Shown: piece after piece, positions 13,625-26,150 of the stretch
Numbering within the stretch: the stretch's first letter is position 1
Layout of the letters: each line of letters starts with the position of its first letter
Program-made: the position numbers and the translations under genes
Notes under the pieces: model-generated
What the model was told of the DNA's origin: nothing
Database searches by the model: none
Seen by the model: only the letters and a program-made list of their open reading frames with translations
Assembly: GCA_976551045.1 (NCBI GenBank)
Contig: CDPCPM010000014.1
Location: forward strand, 7,998,001-8,062,000
Length of the DNA stretch: 64,000 nucleotides
Direction of reading: 5' to 3'
From: Glaucostegus cemiculus
Lineage: Eukaryota

Positions 13625-15090
13625 AAATTGACTTGGTCATAGAAGACAGACTATAGTGGTGGAGGGGTGTTTCTCTAACAGGAGCTCTGTGACCAGTGGT
13701 GTTCTGCATGGATCAGTGGTGGGACCTCTGTTGTTTGTGATAAGTATAAAGGATCTGGATGAAAATGTAGGTGTGCTGATTGGTGAGTTTGCAGATAACA
13801 CAGAAATTGGTGGAGTTGTGAATAGTGAGTAAGGTTGTCAAAGGATACAGCAAGATATAGATCATTTGGAAATTTGGGGTGGAGAAATGGCACATAGTGC
13901 TTGCTCCAGCTGTGTCAAGTGTTGTACGTTGGGAGGTCAAAGGTAAGAGGAAAGTATACAGTAAATGGCATGGCCCACAGGAGCACTGATGTTCAGAGGG
14001 ATCTTGGAGTGCAAGTCCATGGCTCCCTGAAGGTGTCTACACAAGTAGATAGGATGGTAAGGAAGGCATACGTCATGCTTGCCTTCATCAGTTGGGGCAT
14101 AAAATATAAAAGTTGGGAAGTCATGTTGTAACTGTATAAAATTTTGGTTAGGCCACATTTGGATTAGTGTGTGCAGTTTTGGTCACTGCACTATAGGAAG
14201 GATGTGGAGGCTCTGGAGAGGGTTAGGGTTAGGAGAGGTTCACCACCAATCACCTATCTTTACTCTTACCCCTTCCCTTCTCTACCCAGCTCCATCTGCC
14301 TATTTTTTTTTCCTTACGTGTTTTCACACATCACCTACAAGTCTCTGTCTCCCCTCTTCCTCTCCCCACCTGGCTCCATCTACCCCTCATCCAACCTCAT
14401 CTGGTTCCAGCTATCACCACCTGGCCTCTTGTCTCATCCCTCCTTCTCATTTCTATATACTGGCTATCTTCTCTCTACATTCTCAGTATTGATGCAAAGT
14501 TTGACTCAAGATGTTGATCATCCCTTTACCTCCACAGATGTTGCTTGACCCACTGAATTCTTCCAGTCGTTTGTTTTTTTTTGCTCCATGTTCTAGAACC
14601 TGCAGTCTCTTGTGTCCTATTCACCAGGATGTTGCCTGGATTGGAGAGTGTTAGCGATAAGAAGAGGTTGAACAAACTTGGGTTGTTTTCTCTGGAGCAT
14701 CAGAGGCTGAGGGATGACCTGATAGAAGTTTATAAGGTTATAGGTGGCATAGAAAGGGTAGATAGACAGAGTCTTTTTCCCCAGGCTGTAAATATCAAAT
14801 ACTAGAGGGCATAGGTTTAAGGTGAGAGGGGGAAAGCTTAAAGAAAATTTATGAGGCAAGTGTTTTACACAGGGTGTGGTAGGTTCATGGGATGCGTTGC
14901 CAGGGGAGGTGGTATAATCAGATATGATGGTATAGTTCAAGAGACATTTGTACAGACACATTAACAGACAGGGATTGGACAGATACAGATCTTGTGCAGG
15001 CAGATGGGACTAGATTAGACTGACATCATGGTCAGTACAGGCATGGTGGGATGAAGGGCCTGTTCAGGTGATGTATTGTTCTATGTTCTA
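13625..15090 (+). mobile_element. CR1/HER1-type LINE 3' fragment (decayed RT), split by an insertion at 14246-14619
   Basis: RT peptides QRDLGVQVHGSLKVSTQVDRMVRKAY and FTRMLPGLESVSDKKRLNKLGLFSLE; ends GAAGGGCCTGTT...TTGTTCTATGTTCTA. Confidence 0.9.
14246..14619 (+). mobile_element. Penelope 3'-tail-derived non-coding insertion with a 7-bp target-site duplication
   Basis: Flanked by TTCACCA at 14239-14245 and 14620-14626. C/T-rich body, hammerhead-like remnant at ~14484-14520, and the same tail as 5705-5805. Confidence 0.75.
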
Positions 15091-17324
15091 GCAGACAGAT
15101 TATGTAAAGGACTGATGTGACAGACTCAAATTGGTGGTGCCGATTTGGAGTGCCTTTAGAACAAACTGGCCTCCTGGCACACACACGTGGTGAATCATAT
15201 CAGATGCCATTATGATGAATGTGTATGCAATTAAGTATTCAGCATAAGCAGGCAGTGTATTCATCAGTTTACTATAGTGATCTGAAGTCAGTGCCAGCTT
15301 TTTAGTGCTCAACAGCACAGCTACAACTAATGCCCTTCCTTAGCCTCACAAGCCTAATTATGCTTTTAGCAACCGGAACATACCCTCTAACACCCCACCC
15401 CAACCGCCCCCCCCCCCACCAAATCCCTCTCCCCTGCAAATTTCATACCTCACCAGTTGAGTTTATGAGGATCATCAGATACTTGCTGCTTAGTTAGTGG
15501 TCTATTTCTTTCTGGCTGCTGTCCTTACAATTCTACATGTGTCTGGTGTTTCTGGAGTCATTTCAAGTTGCAAAACTCTGTAGATGTGTGGCAAGCACTG
15601 ATGGACACCGCTGACTGCACAAGTCAGTTGCTGCCAAGTATTGGTGCAATAGTAGGCATTTGCCATGCAATTAGTCATGATTGGGAGAATGAGTGGCATG
15701 GATAGTTGGACAAGGCACTGGAAATAGGGAGGAGGATTTGAGTATTAGAGTCTTCAGCAGCAGTCCGTAACTGCCTTTGTGTTTAGGGAATTGTTGTTTC
15801 ACCTGAATCTGAGGCAAGGATAAAAGAGTGAACATCAGTGTAGATATCTTTACAAAAATCTTTCATCAGTTGCAGTTACACTTTGACCTTGGAGCAATGT
15901 GTCACCACATTGCTCTTGACTTCAAGATGAATGGGATCGAAGGACTTCTGCTCAAAGCATCTTGCTCCTGCCAGGCTGGGACTGGAGATATTTGCAAAAT
16001 CTCATAGTTCTCCACCTGCTGATATGTAAAGAAGGCCAGCAACACTCTCTTGGAAATAATTACATTTAATTTGTTCTTATAAGACACCAGTAGACAGAGG
16101 GAGCATACTTCTGCAAATTACAGCAATTAATACACTTTTCTGCAATTTTACCTGCCCCGTCTACAACTCAGCCAGCATTTTTAGAACTTCATTCCACACT
16201 TTAGATGGGCCATTACTTTATATTTTATTTGATTTTCATTACACATCAGAAATTACTTGGTTTAGTGAGCCTGATGACATTTCTCATAATTGGTTGTCTA
16301 TTGGAGCTAGAATGAAATCCGAATGTTCTGGCTATAGAGCTTTTTAAAATTATATTGTTTTATTATTGATGTACCAAAGCAAATGGTTTTCCATGCCCCT
16401 ACATTTCCTTTTGCAGTTTGCTTTTTGTATGAGATTTTGTAGTCTGGAAAGTTTGCGAAGTATTTTGCCATAACAGATGTGTATGCCTGGGTATATTCAT
16501 TGTGACATTGTTTGCATTAGCAGTTAATTGACAGACTGCTGTAGAGCAGGAGTGAATAGGGTGATAGCAATGACAAGCTAGAGACCTGTAGTTGTTAGCC
16601 TGTTTACTGAATTGTTCAAGACTGGGAGTGGGAAGGTGATACGCAATTCAGTTCCAATTCATATTAGAATGATTATCATTTTACAGAGTATATGCAGTGT
16701 GTGATATTTTTCTGACATTCAGCTTTTGTATATTTCTGTTACCAAACTGTATTTAGCCATTGTGTTGTGTACTCTACGCTATCAGTGGATGTCATAATGC
16801 TTGGCACTGCACTATTCAGAAATCTAATACATTATTTCTCCAAAATAGTCTTCCACCTAGATATTTCAGGTAAAGGTTGCTTGACTATTGAATAATTCTC
16901 TTTATATTTTGTTGTGCTGGATAATCAGAATATGGAGTACTGTCCAACATGATCTATAACAAGGACTGGTACATATTTTCTAATAACATTGTAATTGTAT
17001 CCCAATAACCTGAATACCAAATACCCTCTCTCAAAAGAGTCACCTAACACTATTTTAGCCATACAATTAGATTGCATATATAATTACAGTCTCTCACAAA
17101 CACGTTGCTTAAAAAAGTACAATTTCACAGTGGTATGGTTGAAGTTTAATTGTGCTTGAATTGAAAGGAAGGGATTTATAATCCTTTAATAATATTTACT
17201 ACATACGCTGCTGCTGTTCTGGGTCAGGGGCTTAGTTTTGTGTATTTTCACCATTTTAATAGCATTCTAAACAACCTTTTCATGGTTTCTTTACCATAAA
17301 AATATATTACTATCAATATTCAAA

Positions 17325-17720
17325 AGCAAAGGAATTTATGGTATCTTACATAACCTCAGGTCACCCAAAAGTATTTTACATCTAATAAAGTACTTTCAAA
17401 ATGTAGGCAATATTGTTATGTAAGAAATAATTTACAGATAACATGGACCTTCAACAAGCAATTGGACAATGACCGAATAATATTTTTAAGTAGTTTGAGG
17501 GATGCATATTGTCAGAATAACAGGAATAATAACCCTAGTTTTCTTCAGACTGTGATCATATATACACATAACAGAGAAGTCAGGTCCTTGGTTTTAGCAT
17601 TTCATCAAGACATCAGGATTCAACAACACTGCAGTGATATCCTTGATTTATGCGCTCGCCTTGTGGGATTGGGACTTGAATCCACAAGCTAGTATTCAGG
17701 ATAAGTGTGTTAGCACGTGG
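17325..17720 (-). mobile_element. Deu-domain-type tRNA SINE (degraded)
   Basis: Reverse-complement similarity to 21040-21500, including the tRNA head GGATTCAAGTCCCA. Confidence 0.55.
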
Positions 17721-17744
17721 ACCTGCAGGTTCTTCACCAAATCA

Positions 17745-17940
17745 CACACATTATCGTGACTTGTAAATATATCACTGTCTTTTTATTGTTGCTGATCTAA
17801 ATCCTGGAACTCTCCAACCAACGTGACTGGGGAGTACCATCACCAGAATGATTGCAGCCGTTCAAGAAGAAAACACCTTTTCAAAGACAATTAGGGTTGA
17901 GCACTAAGTTCTGGCCTTGCCAACAACCCTCACATCCTGA
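17745..17940 (+). mobile_element. LINE 3' end fragment
   Basis: AAATCCTGGAACTC...GCAGCCGTTCAAGAAG...CTGGCCTTGCCAACAACCCTCACATCC; tail shared with the SINE at 53490-53820. Confidence 0.6.
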
Positions 17941-18944
17941 AACTAAAGCCAAAGATGTTTGGCTTCCAAATGGCTTAAAGAGGGTCACTTAACAGCAATG
18001 AATGTGCAAAAAAGAAATTTACTGTTTATGAAGTATGTCTGAAGAATTGGAAATTATCTAATGTTATCTCTCTCCGCTCAGTGTATGTATAATCATTGTT
18101 GGTTAGGTCAGGAATTCTAACTTGAGAAGTATGAGATTTGTGTGAAAGAATGAATATTGTTATTATTTTCCCAAAAAACTTTCCCCCTAATTGTCTCCAC
18201 TTCTCTTGTTTGAAAGCTGTTGACTACTGATAGGAAAGGTTTGGTGGTTGGGGTGGGTGGAGATGGGTGGCAGGGGTGACTGTGGTAAAGTGGATGGGGT
18301 AATTCCACAGCAGCTTTGCACTAATGGCACCTCTCTAAAGTTGTATCCCTCACCAAGAGTGAACCTGGAAAGTGAATGATTCTGCCCATTGCTCCGACGA
18401 GAAGCACTGAGGTCTTTAAAATGTCATATAAATACCATATTTTCTTCAGGATACAGCAGATGAGTGAACAAAGAGTTGTGCTTTCAGATCAGCCTTTTAT
18501 TGGTAAATAAAAATGATGCTAAATTTAAGAAGTTGTAGCAAGATGATGATAAAAATCACGACTGTGTTACCTCAAAGGCTGATGTTCAGGAAGGAATTTG
18601 AGAGATGGTTTTCAAGGCTATTTAAGTGCTGTTGTGCACTTAAATATGGGCTGTTTCATTTTTTGAGACTATGTCCTATAGCCTTTGCTTAAATAAATAA
18701 AAACAACCCAGTCCTCCAATTATAAATAAATATGTGTTTGGGTATGTACATGTACCACTCATATTTGTATATGCACCTGTCTGTATGTGTGATGTGGATT
18801 GCAGGTATAGAATAGGGTGGAATTATGATACCCAGTGTGACCAAATTGCCTATAAAATACCCTGTTCGTTATGTTATTTAAACGATGGGAAACAGAAGGA
18901 GGTGCACAGGGTGACCATCCATTAAGCCCCTCCCTGAATAAGAA

Positions 18945-19400
18945 TCAGCGCAGTCAGGGGACATGAAGCGCCTTCAGGGATGGCTGCAGAGAGCGTCAGC
19001 ACCTTCAAGGGGTGGGAGAGGAAGTCAACAGCTTCAGGAACTGCAGGAGAGAGTCAGTGCCTTTGGCACACAGGAGAGAGAGTCAGCACTTTCACGGAGT
19101 GGAAGACCGGGTCAGCACCTTCAGTAGTTGGAGAGAGGGATAATATCTACAGGAATAAGAGTGAGTGAGATTAAGGAAGTAGAGGGTAGGATGGGGTGGA
19201 TTCAGCACCTTAAGGGTAAGGGAGAGAGTGTCAGCACCTTTAGTGATGGGCCAGGTAATCAATAGTTTCATGGATTTGAGAGAGGGTCTGCAGCTTCAGG
19301 GGATGGGAGAGAGTGCCTACACCTTCAGGGTTATAATAGAGTCTAAAGGGGAAGGGAGAGGATGTCACTTTTAGGGAGAATGAGTAAATTAGCATCTTGA
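18945..19400 (+). repeat. Degenerate 29-bp purine-rich minisatellite
   Basis: Consecutive 29-nt units GTCAGCACCTTCAAGGGGTGGGAGAGGAA / GTCAACAGCTTCAGGAACTGCAGGAGAGA / GTCAGTGCCTTTGGCACACAGGAGAGAGA / GTCAGCACTTTCACGGAGTGGAAGACCGG / GTCAGCACCTTCAGTAGTTGGAGAGAGGG. Confidence 0.85.
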
Positions 19401-19409
19401 AGGACTATG

Positions 19410-19612
19410 CAGGCAATGCTATAAAAACTCAACAGTTCAGGCAGCATCTATGCAGATGGAAGCTGAGTTAATGTTTCAGACTGATGAGCTTTCCTCAGAA
19501 CCATTAACACCTGAAGTATTAACTCTCCACAGATGCTACCTGACTTGCTTTGTATTTCCAGCATGTTCCGCTTTAATTCAGATTTCCAGCCTCTGCAGTG
19601 TTTTGCTTTTGG
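19410..19612. mobile_element. Foldback element built from two inverted Penelope-type tails
   Basis: AACTCAACAGTTCAGGCAGCATCT ... AGATGCTACCTGACTTGCT inverted arms around a CTGATGAG / CCTGAAG core. Confidence 0.65.
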
Positions 19613-20124
19613 AGCATCTTCAGGAAATTGGAAGAAAGGGAACTTCATCACCATTAGGGGAGAGGAGAGAGAGCCATCTCCTTTGGGAGAGGGTGGAGGA
19701 GACCAGAGGTTGAATCTTGCTGGTTGAAAGTTTTAATGGGCTCAGATTAATGAGCAGTGAGAATTAAAGCTCATGTTTGATCAAATAAGTCAGTCTCAAT
19801 TTATTCAACTCTGTTTTACAGAGTAGGATTTCTTACTTATAAGTTTCTTCATATATACATGGACTTTATAAGAGAAGGTATGAGAATTTAATTAACTTTT
19901 TTATCGTCAGCTTAGATAGCTTCACAGTATCAGTGAGTAACATTTAAGAAAGATTGCAGGCATTGAGTCCAGTATATAGTAAAAGCAGGCTGTGATCTAA
20001 ATAGCTTCAGGGACCCCAACACTCCTGTAAAGTATAATAAGCTCATAGCTCATTAAACATTGCATATAAAATCTGCCCTTAAATTTGTTACATGTGAACT
20101 TCAAATGTCTATTTTCAAAAGAAG

Positions 20125-21030
20125 AACAGAGCGATAGGATTAGGTCATTCAGCCCTTTGAACCCAATTCCTCATTCAGGTACATCATGGCTGAAATGTAT
20201 TTCAGCACCATATTGTTTACTTTTACCCAACAAAAATCTATCAGTCTCAGTTCTATAAACTCTGATTGTCCCTGTTAGATTACAAAGCCTTTAGAGGGTA
20301 GAGAATGTCAGCTTCCAATATTCTTTTGTGCAAAAAAGTATTTTCACAATCCCCTCCCAAATGGTTTGGGAGATGACCTCCCTTGTTCTTGCTTCCTTCA
20401 ATGGGGGATGTTTTCTTTCTATGTACCCTAACTGAGTCCTTTTTATGTTTAAACTCTTTTACATGCTCAATTTTATACAAGAATCTAAATTGTATACCTC
20501 TCAGATGATCAGAGTTGTACCCCTGCAAGGCTAGCCACAGGCATCGGGATGAGGTATCATCAAGCCTCATTACAACTGAAGCATAACTTCTACTCTTGAG
20601 ATAAAGGTTGACATTCAACTAGGTATCTAACTGCAATTTGCATTTGGCTATAGGCTTTAAATAATTTATGTCTTTGGACTCCCAAGTTTTTATTTACTCT
20701 TGTGCAATCCCTAATTTTTTTTTTACAGATTAGAAAATCTTCCAATTTATCTTTTTTTGGGTCTAAAGTGCAGTTGTTATTGTTAAATCACTTATGGAGA
20801 TTTTGTGCATCATTTAATATGTATATTCCCTTTGCAACTTCCTGTTCTCATCTACACATATCATTATTTATTTTAACTTAATGCCACCTATAAACTATGA
20901 TAAACAATGGTCAATTCATTTATTCACACAATTCATAACAGGTGACATGATGAGTCTGCAGAACAGATCCTTTGAAGCACCATGTCACACTCAACCAATC
21001 AGAATAGCTACCCTTTCACCTCAACCATTG
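20125..21030 (-). mobile_element. Old degraded CR1-type LINE fragment
   Basis: CR1-type 3' end (reverse) at GGTCATTCAGCCCTTTGAACC..ATCATGGCTGA; ACAGATCCTTTGAAGCACC resembles the reverse of the GVPQGSV region. Confidence 0.5.
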
Positions 21031-21039
21031 CCTCCTTGG

Positions 21040-21500
21040 TATCAAATGTGCCTCAGTTGGTAGCACATTTATGCTTGAGTTGGAAGGTTATGGGGTCAAA
21101 TGCTACATGAGAGACTTGAGCAAAAAAGGCCAGTACTCCAGTGCAGTGCAGACGGAATGGTACACTGTTGGAGGTACTGCCTTTTTGGATGAGATTATAA
21201 ATTGAGGTCTGTCCAGTCTCAAGTGGTTGTGACATGTCTTTTGGCATTACTGTTTTTTGAGCAATGGGAGTGAATTAAGCCTGATGCCCTGGCTAATATT
21301 TATCTCTTAACCAACGTCACTGAATAAAATTATTTGGTCATTAATACTTTGTTATTTGTGGGAGCTTCCTGAATGCAAATTATTTGCTGTATTCCTTTCA
21401 TTATACAGCACATCAGAGAAGTATTCATTTTTTGCATTTTTCCAAAACTGTAACATGCTTTTGGACATTGTAAAAGGTGCTATTTAAATGCAAATTTTTC
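21040..21500 (+). mobile_element. Deu-domain-type tRNA SINE
   Basis: tRNA head GCCTCAGTTGGTAGCAC..GGGTCAAATGC; Deu core CACTGTTGGAGGTACTGCCTTTTTGGATGAGA and CCTGGCTAATATTTATCTCTTAACCAAC; tail AAAGGTGCTATTTAAATGCAA. Confidence 0.7.
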
Positions 21501-22629
21501 TGTTGAACGCTTCTTTGTTGCTGATCTCTTCCTTTCCCAACTGAATCAAAATATACTGTAAGTCAAAGCCTATTTCCTATTTTGTTCACTTTCATTGGTT
21601 CCTAGACTTTAGAAAGTATACAACATGTACACATAGTAGTATAAGCAATAAAATAAAACAATAATAATAACAATGATTTAAAAAGGAGAAATTTTATTTG
21701 TAATGTAGATTTTGTTATCTCAAACATTGCAAAGCTCATTACAGTCAATAAAAAAAAACTTCTGAAGTGTAGTCCCTTGTAGGAATGAAAAGCTGCATGG
21801 TGCTGTGCTGCTGGATGTGTAAGCAGAGGATTGAATGGACTGAGTTGGCTGATCCAGTTAGGGAAATGATGGGGATCATTATAATTTAATCTGATGGGAA
21901 TGAGAAACCCTCACCAGTATTTCCATTCTTGCATCACTTTCCAGTGGAGCCCTTCTGGAAAATGAATTTATCCAGATACTCTGAAGACAGGATTAGGGCT
22001 TTCATAGTTGAAAAGGTAGCTCGTTCTCACATGAGGACTGGGTGGATGGAAATGGAAGTGGAGACTGCAGTTGCCTGGCAGGAGTTACCAGATCCAGGAG
22101 ACTGAAGCAAGGCAGAGGAGTGAAAGGGTGTCTGTGAGTTGGAGGATTTTGCTTTAATAGCTAATGATGTCTGAAAATCTAAGATTCCTGTTTGATGCTG
22201 ACTGTTTTTTTATTCATTCTCTAATAGCCTGCTTATATACATCTTTAATGTTTAATGTTAATCCTGATTTCCCAATGTGCTTGCAGGAAATGTTGGTGTG
22301 CATGGCAAGTCCTTGATGTGTTGCTTAATTCACAGGAGGTTAATAATGTCTTGTGATGCCAGTGTTGTAGATTTATCAAGGAATAATCTGCAGCTGACTA
22401 CAAAGAAATTCAGTATCCATTATAGATGTATATTGTTCTGCATTGGGAATAACAAAAATGTAGAAAGCAGAATCCTGATGAATTGCTTGATTGTCAAAGG
22501 AAGTGAAAATTTTATATTGTTGTCCTTGTGAGTGGGTGTATTGATTTGATTTGCATATTTTATGTTCAACATAGTTGGTTCTGTTACTGCAGCTCAACTC
22601 AATGATAACACCTTCAGTTCTGTTGCAGA

Positions 22630-22925
22630 GCTACTCCAGATTCAGGGCACAGCCTTCTGGACACTGCTGACGGAATGTGACATTGCTGGAGGCACTATTG
22701 TTTGAAGAGATCATAAACTGTAGTCCTCCTCAGGTGGACATAAAAGATCCCTGTTACAATCCAAAGTGCAGGTTTTTTTCTCTAGTGTCCTGAGCAATAG
22801 TGATTCCTCAACAAACATTGCTGTACCATATTACACTGCTGTTTTGGCCATATTGGCAACTGCCTTATGACAGCGACTATACTTTCAAGTATAGGTGATA
22901 GGTGATACGTAAATACAAGGTCCTT
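22630..22925 (+). mobile_element. Deu-type SINE fragment
   Basis: CTCAGGTGGACATAAAAGATCCC...GTGTCCTGAGCAATAGTGATTCCTCAAC core and a TATAAATACAAG-like tail. Confidence 0.5.
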
Positions 22926-24694
22926 TTTCCAAGGGATATTAAATTGAGGTTCCATCTCCCCTGTCAGATATTTGTAAAAGTCACCTTGGCATGATTTTAA
23001 AGAATAACAGATGAAGCGGTGATGTATCATATTGCCTTTAATTGCAGTGTTATTGCCAGCAATCTGCCTATAAGATGTTCTTAGAAAATGATTTGATGAA
23101 GGTCTTGGGAAAGTGAAGGAGGTGGATGGAACTATATGAATGGAGGTTTTTCTATTACAGACCTGAGATATACTTCAGCAATTGTTTTGCTTCTGGACTT
23201 TGTAATTTGACTTTTGCGATAGTTCAACTAAGTGTCACCTACACTAGTGCTAGCTGTATATTCTCTCAGTGTATCGATTTCCCCAGTTCCATCTGACCTG
23301 CAGAATCTGTTTATTCCTGCCCCATGTGGCTTAACCCGAAGGGTTCAAAAAACAATCTACTGTTCTTTCCGTATTAACTTGCATTTGATTGTTAGGACAT
23401 TAGCTTCATGTTTAACCTAGTGGGTCACAGAACACTGGTTGACAGGGATAAATGGAAGCAATGTCTGTAGGGTTTATGCATGAGTTAGAGAGCCGTTTTT
23501 CTTCCTCCATTTCTTGGACTAAATGGACTTGCAGCAGATGTTGTGCCTTGGTGGGAGGTATATTGCTGAGTCTTAGTGTGAGTACATCTGTTGTGGATTG
23601 TTATACAAAGGAGGGAGCCTTAACCCCTTGTCTCACAGTTTAGGAGTGACTTTGGAATTGCTTGAAGGAGCTATCTACAGATTAATGCAGGCAATTTACC
23701 CCTGACTATTTGGGTGACCATAGGCGTTCCCTCTTCTACACTTCAATGTAATTAATATAGCAGCATGACTAGAAACACTTTGGTTAAAGAGTCCCATTTG
23801 CATTCTTTGATAACAGAGGCTCTAGCCCCCACTGAAAGTTTATTTTACTAAAAAACATGCAAGTGCCTTTGACTTTGAATAGGGTCCCTGCCGTATGCAA
23901 AAGGCTTATCGTTGCATTGAATTCAGTCTCATTGTATCCACTCTCCCCAACAAGTTTTCAGTTTTCATTTCAGTCACAAGAGGCTTGGAGGTGAAGCTGT
24001 TAATCACCTGCTGTGTGAAATACTGGGATACACACAAGGACAACGTGGACTGCAGGCCAGAAATGCCTTGCTTTGACTTAGCAAAGCTGGCCAGAGCTTC
24101 TGAATAGAGTTTTGTTTGCCTCAGAGTCTGGATTTGTAAAGGACTGATTAATGGAAGTTTTGGGTGATAGAAACATTGGCGGTAACCCATTCATTGTTCA
24201 AGATCCGGGCCTGCTGCATGAACAACTGGGTGGCAGACTATGTTCTCACTGTCAGTCGTGCTGTTGTTACTTTGATCTCCCTAAGTGCTTGCTTCCACTC
24301 ACTGATGCTGCCAGGTCAGTCAGGCAGCACTTTCTTGAAAGACCAAAAGACAACTGAATCCTCTTCACTGAGGAATTGGCATTTGTTTGAGACACCGTCT
24401 ATTCTGGGGCAGCATTTGAAATGTTTAACTTCAGTGATTTTTGCTATGTTTTGTATTTTAATCTGGGTTTGTTAGAATGATACTGACTCCTCATAAAATC
24501 CTCACCACATCCTACCGTCCAGTGTTGCTAGTCCCACCAAAATGCTACAAATATTCTTCCTGCTTTTTAATGAAACAGAATTGTCTGCAAACTGTGCTCT
24601 CATTTGATGGCTTAAGAAAGTTGTTGTTGCTTTTTGAAGGCATAAAGGTACGTAATAAGGATTACATCAAACATACAGATTTTCATGAGGAAAA

Positions 24695-25110
24695 GAAAAG
24701 CAATAACTTGCATTTACAAAGTGCTTTAAGTGATCTCAGTACATCCCAAAGTACTTTAGAGCTAATTAAGTACTTCTTTGATATGTAGTCACTGTTGAAA
24801 TGGAAAGTCAATTTGCACACAGCAAGCTCGACAAATGAGATAGTGAATAGTTAGTCTGTTTAAGTGATAGTGTAGGAGGGGGAAGCATTGGCAAAGCTAC
24901 TATGGAGAATTCCCTTTCCCTTCTTCAAATAGTGCTTTAGAGATTTTTACATCTCTCTAAGAGATCAGATGGGGCCTCAGTTTAATAAAGCAAACCACCC
25001 TTGTCAGAACACCAGTCCCTCTGCAAAGCACTGTTGTGAAAGACCGGATTATGTGGTGGAACTTTAAGCTAAAATCTTCTGAAATCAGATGAGGGAGTCA
25101 CTGGAGCCAA
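24695..25110 (-). mobile_element. Deu-type SINE (degraded)
   Basis: AACTTGCATTTACAAAGTGCTTT (reverse tail), CATCCCAAAGTACTTT and CAGATGGGGCCTCAGTTTAA. Confidence 0.6.
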
Positions 25111-25257
25111 CAACATCGTACGAATTTAGCTCCTTTTTCTCTCTGGAAAAAAAACACATCAAGGTTTTGAAAATTCTAAAAGATATTAAGAAAACTAATT
25201 AAAACAAACTGCTTAGCACGTTATCATACATTAAGAGACAGGAGACCAAAGTGAGAA

Positions 25258-25415
25258 ATGAAAGCAGACAATGCTGGAAGTGCTCAGATGAACCGATGAA
25301 AAGTCCTTGACCTGAACCATTGATTCTGTTTCTCCCCCCACAGATACTGCCTGACCTGTATTCTGCATCTTTTGTTTTTGTTTGGACTTCCAGCATCTGC
25401 AGTTTTTTTGATTTG
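25258..25415 (+). mobile_element. Penelope-tail-derived short element with hammerhead-like remnant
   Basis: CCGATGAAAAGTCCTTGACCTGAACCATTGA followed by CACAGATACTGCCTGACCTG...TTCCAGCATCTGCAG; short inverted arm AATGCTGGAAGTGCTCAG in front. Confidence 0.65.
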
Positions 25416-25849
25416 ATACAAATGAAGAAGCTAGGGAAGGAATTTTACATTCAAAGGGTGATAGAACATTGGGTAATTATTCAGGATGGTCTCTGAAGCA
25501 CACTGGTATATGTGGACTCAAGGAATAATTAATTACAATTCTGGAAAGGGATCAGATGAGAAGGTGGGTGAGGTAATATGTCAGAGAATCATAAATCATG
25601 CAACACTGGAGGTTTTTTGATCCATCATGTTTGTGCTGGCTCTTTGAAAAGAACTATTCAATTAGTTCCTTTCCCCTTGTTCTTACTCCATAAACAGTGC
25701 CATTCCAATGAAGACTTTTGTTTTTGTTTAACGTCTACATCTGATTCCAGTGATCCTAACTTAAAAGGGCCCCAATTAATCCTCTGCACCTCTAGAGAGC
25801 AGTGCAGGTCTGCCCTCACCACCAAGATGACCTCACATCTGACAGCAAA

Positions 25850-26150
25850 GAATAGAGGGTGTGCATTTAAGGTGGGGAGGGGTAAGTTCAAAAGAGATGT
25901 GCAGGGCAAGTTTTTCACACAGTGGGTGCCTGGAATGCGCTGCCAGGGGTGGTAGTGGAAGCAAATACGATAGAGGTGCTTAAGAGCTCTTAGGCATATG
26001 AACGTGCAGAGAATGGAGGGATATGGACTTGTGTAGGCAGAAAGGATTAGTTTAGTTAGGTGTTTAATTACTAGTTTAATTAGTTTTCCACAACATCATG
26101 GGCTGAAGGGCCTGTTCCTGTGCTGTTTTGTTCTATCTCCTATGTTCTGT
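25850..26150 (+). mobile_element. CR1-type LINE 3' terminus
   Basis: RGCAFKVGRGKFKRDVQGKFFTQ peptide; ends GGGCTGAAGGGCCTGTTCCTGTGCTG..TTCTAT. Confidence 0.85.

Noticed and set aside
18575-18602. GATGTTCAGGAAGGA (DVQEG) resembling the start of a Pax2/5 exon 6
   Set aside because: In-frame TGA follows two codons later and no homeodomain-like sequence follows.
18945-19400. CRISPR-like repeat/spacer pattern
   Set aside because: Vertebrate intron; variable halves are homologous to each other and far too short for spacers; no cas genes.
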